Below the pieces are notes generated by a model that worked only from the letters and a program-made list of their open reading frames with translations, was not told the origin of the DNA and made no database searches. Shown in pieces: positions 54,175-64,000 of a stretch of 64,000 nt of DNA (positions within the stretch are counted from its first letter, which is position 1; every line of letters starts with the position of its first letter). Origin of the DNA: Takakia lepidozioides (taxonomy: Eukaryota; Plantae; Bryophyta). A program made the translations under genes and the position numbers. Location: assembly GCA_030704615.1 (NCBI GenBank), contig CM060732.1:52886001-52950000 (forward strand), read 5' to 3'.

Positions 54175-57100
54175 TCATTGAGATCCCCGGCTGTCAACAA
54201 GAGGCTTGATGAGCTCCAGAATCTGAACAACTTCAGCCATGGATGGACGGTTAGAAGGTACATGGGATGTGCAAATGAGGCCTAACTTGATCACAGGCAA
54301 CACTTCATCCTCAGGATAGGTGTGCAATGCTGAGTCAACACATGACAGGGGCCGCCCTTCCTCCAACAGTGCACGAACATGGTCACACAAAATAACCACA
54401 TCATCTTCCATATACTCCACTGGCCGCCGGCCCGTAACCATCTCCAGGAGGAGCACACCAAAGCCGTAGATGTCACACTTCTCCGTAATTCTTAGACTTT
54501 GACAGGCAAACTCTGGTGCCATGTATCCTAATGCACTCTGAAACTTGCTGCTCATGACATAGGTGTCAAGCACAGGCAGCAGTTTTGCCAAGCCATAATC
54601 TGATATACGTGCCTCATTGTCCTCATTAAGTAGCACATTGCTGGACTTCAGGTCATAATGTATCACCTGAGGTCGGCAGCCATGATGCAGATGTGCAAGC
54701 CCCAGTGCAGTGCCCAGTGCAATCTTAAATCGATCTGACCATGCCAAGGGTGACTCGCCCTCTTTCTTCTCATGCAATCGCCTGTATAGGTTCCCATTGG
54801 GCACAAAATCATAAACAAGAAGCTGCAACTGGGACGTCCAGTAGTAGCCTTGCAATGTAACTAGGTGACGGTGCTTTATCTTTCCAAGGTACCCAACCTC
54901 CCTCTCAAAGTCATCCTGCGCTTGTACAAGGCTAGCTGCCACCAGCTTCTTCACCGCCACAATGCCACCATCAGGTAGCACAGCTTTGTACACTGTGCCA
55001 AAGCCTCCACGCCCAATCTCATCCTGCTTGTTTAATAGTGCTTGTGCACTACCAGCCATCCAATCATGTCCTGATCCCTTGCGGCCCCGCCGAAACATCA
55101 CCAGCTTGCCAAGCGACAAATGCTCGGTGCTGGGTGACTGTGGTACACTCTCCATCATCCCCAGCACACTCTGCTGTGGCCGAGTCTGTGCACGTATATT
55201 CAACAGGGTCACTACTATCACTCCTACTGCGATCACCACTGCTGCTGAGATTGCAATAATAGCTGAGACACTCAAGACAATTCTGTTGTGTTTCCCCCGG
55301 ATCTTTGGAGACAGTGGCGAAGGGCCCTCAGTGGCATTCGGATTGAGCACAATAGGCGGTTGGCCAGCTGGGCATGCCACATTGATTGCCGATCCACAGA
55401 GCCCAGTGTTGCCTGTGAACTCAGTTGTATTGGCGTTGTGAAATATGGGGATTGGACCACTTAGCTGATTGTTTGACATGTTAACCAGCACCAAACTCTG
55501 CATTGCACCAAAACCAGGTGGAATCTGCCCATCCAGATGATTGGAAGATAAATCTAGAAACTCAAGACTGTTGAGAGTGCAAAGCTCTGGTGGAATACTG
55601 CCGCCCAAGTTGTTCATAGCCAGATTGCTGCCACAAAAAGTAGTCAAAGTTAGTCCAAATTACAAATGTCAAGATTACGTTCAGCAGAGCAGCAGGATTT
55701 GACTAGACTTGACTAGATACTTCTACTATATTGTACACCACTGACAGTAGCTTTGATAGTCAGAGTTGGTCCGCGTTACCACTTGTCGAGAGAACACACA
55801 GGGGAGTGAGTAACTATTGACTAAATTTTTCTAGAGTATAGAAGCAGGAGCCTCATATGAACTGGAATACCCATCTATGCCCAAGTCTTTCCATTATAAG
55901 TTGGTGGATGGAGGAGGATGGGACAAACATTTTCCGCATCATCTCGCTGCCGATTAGACCATGACAATTCTGGTATTCAACATCCCGAGTGACGTGAGGG
56001 ACGATTTCTTGCATGTTGCAGCTCTGAGGCCATGGACATTATGTGGATTCAACAGGAAAGGGAGGGACATAGGGGGTGGCAAAGAGGGGAGGAGAATGGG
56101 AACGAACCACTTCCCTCCACTCACTCCAGCAATGGGACCAGCTTCCTAAACTCACCTTACGATCCCACAAGAGCTTTTAATTTTATGCAAAAAGATAAGC
56201 CGACTCACCTGAAGCGGGTGTCAGCTCTGAAAAATGTTTTGGACCTACATAAACCGAGCGAAAAAAAAACCTGGGGTACTGGCAGTGCTTGTTAAGAGGC
56301 AATCTTCTCTCATGGATACCAGCTGGATTACAGGAAAAATTTGATGATATCCCCACCATCAATCCAGAGGACAGGCAGATGGTTTACTTGTCTCAGCTGG
56401 ATCAAAGATTTTGAGAAGACAAATAAGACAGAAACATCTAAAAGGATATGTATTCACCAGGGCCCAGAGGGATCTTATTTAGAGTAATTTGACTGATATC
56501 CCCACCATCTCCAGAGGACAGGCAGATGGTTTACTTGTCTCAGCTGGATCAAAGATTTTGAGAAGACAACTAAGACAGAAACATCTAAAAGGATATGTAT
56601 TCACCAGGGCCCAGAGGGATCTTATTTAGAGTAGAGTGTGATTAATAAGGGATTTGGGCACATACCATTAGGAAAACTGCTTCTTCCTGTTAAAAGGTGG
56701 ATATTATCTCTGGTTACTGCCAGTGATACTAAGGCATTTCGTTGCCAGCTTCTTTCCCTAGCGACTTGGAATCCCCTAAGTAACCCAGTCAGTTAAAGCA
56801 ATGCCCTTCTCTGCAGCTGGGTGACGGGGCACAACTAAACCCCCAACAACACCTACAGACCCTTACCCACTCGACAATCTGTTGAAAGCAGTGCTTCTCA
56901 GTGTTCAATCTGCCTCAAGGCAAGAATGGCACAGAAGGACACAGTACTTGGCTGGAGAGACATCACCATGAATGCTGGCAGTGCAGGCAAGTTTGGTAAG
57001 GATCACAGGAACATGAGGATAGCCTGCCTAGCAATGATAATATATGTTGAACACATTCAGCGTCAGTAAAACATGTGCATCACAATCTATGTTGATCTGC

Positions 57101-60100
57101 CGAGTTGAAAACAGGGACCAGCTAACTTCCTTATCCCCTTCTACAGGTCTTCAGGAGACACTAGGGAAGAAATAGCTATGTGCAGGAAAATTGGTGGCTT
57201 CATCTGTATGAAATCGAGTGGCAGACTGATCTGCAAGAGCAGCAAGTTTACTACTCTTGTCACAGCCATCTCATACAAGAAATGAACAGAATCTTGTCAG
57301 AGAAAGAAAAACTTAAAAAACTAGACTGTACTATCCCATTTTGGCATGGCAAGCAGCTACATCGTCAGCCTTGGGGGGACCAGTGCTTGCACTTGAGCTC
57401 TACATACAAAGCAAGCATCTGCATGGGATGGATGTCAAAGTCTTGCAAAGCACTAGCATTCTGCCAGTACTAACATCAGGATTCAACTGTATGAACCTGG
57501 CTTTCTTAACTTCCTCTCATGTTGTTGCAAAACGAACCTACTGTCCATCACTGCAACAGACTACAGGTGTTTGAACTGCACTTTGGATGTTAAGTTTCCA
57601 CCGAATTAGGTGAAAAGTAGCCCAAGTACGAATGATTCATTACTGAGGTCCAGTCTTCATGTTTGTTTACCCTTGCCTTGCCAAGGTGAAGGCTCATGAG
57701 AAATTTCTTTTGGATACACTAATTGCATCATCGAAAGTATCAACCGTTCTAGGTCGTAATCCCCAGAATGCAACACAATGCAGGATGGCTGCAAAATCTA
57801 CTGAAATTGCCACACCATTTACGCTCCACACTCTCATTACGGTTGTTAGAGGCAAGCGTTTGATCTCAAGCCCCACGTAACTCAATGTACTTGACGTAAC
57901 ATGACAGAAAGACTTACCTTGTTTCATTTAAAGCGTCTAAGAGGTGTTGTCCAGTAATTTGATTTTGAGGACAAACTCTTAACATCAAAGATAACTGCAT
58001 CCGGATGTTATGATTCTTTTACTGTCTTGAAGATACTAGTCTCAGAGGCTGCTCATCCCTGGAAGAAGCATTGGTTTTCTAGTGCTTTGTCAGTTTGCTA
58101 TGTGCCTCCTCCTGTAAGCTTTAGTGGAGGATACATAGGTAAACAGGCCTCAAACCTACTGAGTAGTGTCTCACTTGCAGATACATTCAATTACACAAAC
58201 ATTCAACCTTCCCACACAGTGATCTAAGTAGGAATTCCAGATTTACAGGATATCACACTTTAGCCTGCAACCTGCCGAGCTATGATGATTTTGATCACAG
58301 CTATGATGGTCACACATGTTCTCCCTGTTGAGAGAAATCTACAGCTGTGATTGCATTTGCTGTTAGACATTGACACATTGCAAACAGTGGGAGTGTTGCT
58401 TAATCATCTGTGCAGCTCTCATTCTCAAGGCTGACTAATACAACTTCCAGAAAGTTAAGGGCAAAGGCGAGAAAATACAGGTCAAGAAGAGCGGTGCAGT
58501 TGCCAAGTTGGGACGGAATTTGACCAGTGAGCATGTTATGTTGCAGGTGTAGCACCGACAGGTGGATGGCGTTCCCCAGGGTTGCAGGAATGCTCCCACT
58601 AATGGCATTGTTGCTCACATCCAGAAGCTCCAAAAAAGGAAGACTGCCAAGCTCCACTGGAATATGGGAAGACAGGGCATTGCCTGATAGATTGACAGCC
58701 ACGAGATTGGCGAACCGCCCAAGTTGTGGGGATATAGGGCCCTCCAGCTGATTTGCCGAGATGTCCAAAAACTGCAAAAATGTGCAGTTGCTTTGCTCAA
58801 AGTCTGGAAAGCTGCCTGTCAGCGCATTTCCTGATAGAGACACAAACTGCAGATTGAAACCAAATATTTGCGGTAGTATGCCACCAGTGAGGTGGTTGTG
58901 GCTCAAATCCATGCTGCGCAATTGCCCGCACTGACCCAACTCCTGTGGGACACTGCCCTCCAACAGGTTGCCAGACAAATCAAGCACCTCGACGACCTGC
59001 AGCTGACCAAGCGAGGCAGGTACCGTGCCTGCCAACCTATTGTTTGCCAGGTCCAAAACCTGAATCCTGCCTAGACTCCCAAGCCAAGCCGGAATATTCC
59101 CTGACAGCATGTTGTCCCGGACGTCAAGCAGTGCCAACCAAACCAGGGTCTGCAGCTGGGATGGCAGTGGTCCTGTTAATTGGTTCTGGCTGAGGTCAAT
59201 GGCCACCAAGGTGACGCAGCTGCCAAATTCCAAAGGGACACTGCCAGTGAAATTGTTACTGGTGAGACTCAGGCTCATAAGCTTCTGCAAATATCCCACT
59301 TCGCCAGGAATGGGTCCAGACAGCATGTTATGTGAAAGATCAATCTCACTTATATTCAGTAACTGTCCAATTTCTGGAGGGATCAAGCCTGAAAGCTCAT
59401 TGTAAGATAAATTCAGTGCAGTGAGCTGAACACAGTTCTTGAGAGAAGGAGGGATGGAGCCACTCAGCACGTTCCCAGCTACTGAGATATACTGGAGACT
59501 TTGGCAACTGTTGAAAAGATCAGGAGTCATTGGCCCTGAAAGTGCATTGTTTGAAAGGTCCAGAACTTCCAAATTCACTGAACCACCAAATGCAGAAGGA
59601 ATGGCACCTGAAAGTGCATTGTTACTGACATTCACCTTCCTCAAGGTGGCCATCTGTGCAACCTCTGTGTTAATGCTTCCCGAAAAATTATTGTAGGCTA
59701 ACGTTATCGTCTGCAGCTCCGCCAGCTTCACAAGTGCTCTCCCGATTTGACCCGACAATGCCAGCCCAGGTAAAGTCACATCCGTGACCCTGGCCCAACA
59801 TTGAACACCAAACCAACTACATGAGACAATTGCCACAAGAGTGCAAGCAAAGGTGGACCATTGCATTAACTACCCAAAACTTGAGTATGACCCCAAAGGG
59901 CAGGCCATGAATCAACACATGTTCTGGTGTTTGAAAGATACACTGATGAGCCAATCTTGAAGAGTTTGATCAAGAGACGAGAGTTCGGCATTATTTTGAG
60001 ACCGCCTGTTGTTCCCAAGGCTTGAAAAGAAGGTGGAACGTAATCTGTAACCTAGGAAAGTAGAAAGGCACTTTCTTTCGACCGACTCTCAGCCTCAAAC

Positions 60101-60377
60101 CGCAATGTAGGTGACAAAGATCACAAAGTTGGCTGAATCAACCATACCTGCCAGTGAGGATGTTGCAGGCAATACCGGTCCAGTTGCAGGGGCTCGAATC
60201 GTCCTCGCGCCAAGTGTTTAAGGCAGCTCGGGGGTCCTGCACAGATGCCTTGAATGCCATAAGACCCAGCACATCATCGCTCATGGGGACCAACGCCGCG
60301 CCGCACTGCATCAGCAGCCCGACTAGGCACCACAACCTCAACAACTCTACCACCTGCATGTCTATCAGTCTAAACAT
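54175..60377 (-). CDS. LRR receptor-like kinase, LRR-VII (IRK/PXC2-like); exons 60377(or 60359)-60148, 59789-58479, 55627-54175
   Basis: Signal peptide, DDVLGLMAFK...PCNWTGIAC cap, ~20 plant LRRs, GNTGLCG cap, TM LSVSAIIAISAAVVIAVGVIVVTLLN. Kinase has ALLNK..EIGRGGFG, SSKFQSALGYMAPEFACQSLRITEKCD, RPVEYMEDDVVILCD. Introns are GT-AG and in phase. Confidence 0.94.
56345..56634. repeat. Near-perfect ~140-bp tandem duplication inside LRR-RLK intron 2
   Basis: tgatatccccaccatc...ggcccagagggatcttatttagagta at 56345-56486 and 56494-56634. Confidence 0.92.
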
Positions 60378-62086
60378 GTATTGCTACTCAGCTACGAGCT
60401 CCTCCCTCCACATGGAATCGCCTTCGCAACTCCAAGAATCGCCCAGCCTCAGGCAGCTGCAGCTGAAACACACAGGTTTCTTCTTGCAAGACCCTCCGCA
60501 GCTACAGAATGCAATGCCTTCATATCAACAAGCCCCTTCTTCCGTCGCCTCCTCTCCTGCATCCTCGCTAGCGACTCCCAACAATCCCGTGCCAACGTCC
60601 TTAACTTTCCCTCTCAAACTCCTCGCCAGCTTCCCAGCTGCGTTTGTACATTCAATAACTTAATGTACACCTCAGCATTCAAGTTCCCCCCACTTCACGG
60701 TCCCTCCAGGGAGTCCTCGCTGCCCCTCCGCATAAAGACCCACACAGTGCAGCAGCACTGCAAGCGTGTCGCAGACAGCCAAGCAAGCATGCCGTTGAGC
60801 TCCGCACTGCGCGCCTGCCCCCCGTGCTATCTCCCCCCTCTCTCGATCCGCCACGTCCCCCACTCCCTCAAGTACTCCCACCACTTCCCCTACTCAGCCC
60901 ATCTTTCTCTTCTCTCCCTCTCCCTCTCCGGGAGTCTCTCCCAAGAAAAACCAGCAATCCCGATTCCCGCCGCCACAGCAGCTCGTCTCTTTCAGACACA
61001 ATCCCACATCACAGCAGCCACGCTTGCTCCTCCATCTCCCATCTCTCCCGTCTCTCTGACCGTTGCTCGCACCACCACCCACCACCTTTCATCCATCTTG
61101 TTGATAATTTTAGTTGTGCTCGATTACTAATTCCAAAGGTGGGTTGGGTTTTTGGTTTTCCTTTCTCTACCTGAAGGGCAAACAATTACAGCAGTAGACA
61201 CTAGACACACAAGACTGATGTGTGAATGTGTGTGGTTGTTTGTTTGTTTCCAAGCCATGAGAGGGAGTGCAATATGGAGCAGCTTGACTGTCCTGGGGTG
61301 CAGGGGATTATGACTCGTAAGTGGTTGTACATGTAGGCAATAAATGATAAAGCTCTATTTCAACAATAATGCAGTGCCACCATTAACCCCCTCTTTTATA
61401 ACAGAAAGGACCACTGTAACTGTCCATATCAGGGTCCATATCAGCGGTGCATGTGTAGTGTACCTACTATCTCACACTGCGCCCCGTTGGAAACTTCCGA
61501 GTGTATCCAAGGAAATTTGGTGTGTGGCAGCATGTAGGAGGCATTTGCGTCCAGTGTGGTAGAAGACAGTACAGACAGTGTGTGGGTTGGAGGGATGATG
61601 GTTTGAACCAGGTTAGTTATTAAGGAGGAACTCATTTCAGAAAACTATAGGAAACTGAGGAGCGGTATTTGTGGCAAAGCAATAATCAACAATAATAACA
61701 ACACCCCAGCATTTTGCTTGAGTTTTGGTGGCAATGCAGGCACAAGATGGGAGGCAAAAACTCTGCACAACCTTTGTCAGGTATCAAGTGAGAGGTGTGC
61801 CAAATTCCAGTTTGTGTACAGGCATCTGTACCACCTCAATAGTTCTGAGAGGACGCCATTCCCCTACCCCAAATACAATCCCTCCACAGACTCCTTTAAT
61901 GGTTGCTTCCGTATGTTCTACTACAGGCACACTACCTAATTTCGGCATTGATGTCAACATGATGGCACCTACAAAGCAATGTCTGGTCACAATGAGAATG
62001 GGCCAACATCAAGGAATATGAACCAGTATTGATGCTAGCATCAAAGAGCTTTAACAGGCAGCCCAATTTAGAGAACCAAATGGAGC

Positions 62087-63675
62087 TTAAGGCACAGACA
62101 GCGCCTCATCATAAAATGTTCGAAATCTCAACCCCGAGCCAAGGTGGCTTGTTGCTGTTGGACAGAACCAGTAAGCAACACTTCGTCCCAAAGACTGCAA
62201 GAAGCAGACAGGTGAACAGATCAGGTTCTGAAACCATCAACCACACTATCTTTACTGTTTCGAATATGCATGGTGAGCAAACATCTCAGAACAAACCCAA
62301 AATTTTACTGACTATGATGTTCACAGAGCATCTAATTGTAGTGGAAATATGCTACACTGAAAATCATAGGATGGTCCACACCTGCACTATTTTCAAATCA
62401 ACAAACTGCACCTAGTACTAGCTGGATAGAAAAGCCACATGCAGATCTGAAGCGATCATGACATGGTTAGACAACACACTGAGGCAGTTGGCCACATATA
62501 TATCCAGCCTCGCATTCCCCTGGAGGTTCAATGGGCTGAGGAGCACCACACAAATCGAATGGGAATCATAATTTATTTGCACAATCACTCTCTTTGGGGT
62601 GCTTTCAATGCCACTAAGGGGTTTTTGCATTGGCCTACCACCCCCACCCCCAATGCTCACTACGGTGGAATTGCTGTAACCAGCATATATATGCAGCAAA
62701 CATGAACGGGAAGGCCACTACCTACCGTAACCAAGTTGTCAAACACCCCAACATCGTATGGATGTCGATACAGCTGGCCTGCCTTCTCTGCAAGCCAACG
62801 GGCCCTGACACCCTCATGATACTGCATGTTCCAACCCACCAAAGGACTGCTCTTAAAAGCCATGCCATGCATCCACAGGACCATGAAGTAGGTACGGCCA
62901 AACTACATACTAACATAACAGGCAAAGAACCTAGAGCAGCAACCAATGGCATTGAAAGGCAGGAAGGAGCACCTCAATGGTGGTCTTGTTGTGCAGCAGC
63001 AGAAACACATGCCATGCCAGTAGCACACCCACAGCCACAAACACTGGCACTAAAAGAATTGCACAGAGCACCTGCCCACATACATCGAACTCAATAACCT
63101 TGTTTTATTTGCATATCAACTGAAGCAACACATGAAACTTCTCTTAAAAAGTCTGGCATTGATTTTGTTGGTGAAGGTGGCGAAATATTGACCTGCAATG
63201 GCAGTTATGGTATTGAGTATGACATTTCATGGATCATCCCAACAAACACAAAAAAACCCACAATTACAGTAAGTTTGCCTCCACCTGAAGATGGAGGTTA
63301 TGTAGCAAAAGGGCCAGAAAGAGCACCTTGATAACTGATGTAATGGCATCTGAGCTGCTCACAGGTGGAGCCTCCTGACCTAAGTGGTTTGACACCTCGT
63401 CTCCCAGCTCGTGCATAGTGTGACCTCCTATCAGCACCTTCACCCCAGAGCTCCAATTAAATCGGAAAATTTCGGCAGGAGCATCAAACACTGCGCACGT
63501 TCGGCCAGACTGGAGCTTGGTGCAACAAAGGAATTTGACAGTGACCTACTAATAAGTTGGGTGGAGGAATAACCAAGGATTGGAAACATGCAGCCACAAC
63601 ATAGAGCAGAAACAGAAAGAATGCTTTATAGTTGTTGTGACCCACGCAATTGTTGATCCACATACAATGATGGTC
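62087..63675 (-). CDS. DHHC protein S-acyltransferase (PAT15/PAT16-like), 3' part; exons 63675-63574, 63437-63327, 63071-62973, 62821-62726, 62194-62087; 5' exons beyond window
   Basis: [33 protein letters not shown]|[39 protein letters not shown]...[10 protein letters not shown]. Phase-0 GT-AG junctions. Confidence 0.93.
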
Positions 63676-64000
63676 CTGCAACACAACAGCACTGTTCTTG
63701 GTGAGGATCATCCACCTCCACCCACACATGCTGTATTTTGACTCTATTTCACCCTCCACACCTTGCCATTCAGCACTTCTTATGAAGATAAATACCACAA
63801 GGAAATGTGCTCATTGGATTCTCCCCACACTACCCCACCCCACCTTCCCGCTTACCCCATGCAACCTTCTAGAAATCATGTCAAGGAGAACTACACTACT
63901 TCACGAGACAGAGCCGACGCCAACTTGTATTTCTCTCTTCCCCAAAAACCAAAGCCACAAAACAAAATATATTCAGGAGTCCAGTCATTGCTCCCTACAT

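Noticed and set aside
60381-61130. 249-aa ORF on +
   Set aside because: Antisense to the LRR-RLK 5' leader; CT-rich low complexity with no family signal.

Overview
Eukaryotic nuclear DNA from a land plant. It is most likely a non-seed plant with flagellate sperm (bryophyte-like; inferred from PACRG-like and SMIM8-like genes, a KDEL-less ABP1 and compact gene spacing). Intact intron-containing genes reconstructed by hand: LCM-type SAM methyltransferase, GUN1/pTAC2-like PPR-SMR protein, At2g25920-like unknown protein, C-terminally extended phytocystatin, ABP1, PACRG-like, IRK/PXC2-like LRR receptor kinase and the 3' part of a DHHC S-acyltransferase. There is also a single-exon SMIM8/DUF4500-like microprotein and a class I TCP factor with an intronless CDS. 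Between the genes lie pseudogenes (tandem FCP1/NIF-domain, F-box, two copies of an unidentified spliced gene), a MITE, a tRNA-derived SINE, minisatellites and hairpins. Most notable: the SMIM8-like ORF ends only about 205 bp upstream of the ABP1 ATG on the same strand, with an apparent intron between them, which suggests a bicistronic nuclear mRNA. Also notable are a GA-AG intron implied in PACRGL, clustered TCP sites upstream of the TCP gene, and a catalytic Asp retained in an IRK-family kinase. All family assignments come from motif recall, not database searches.
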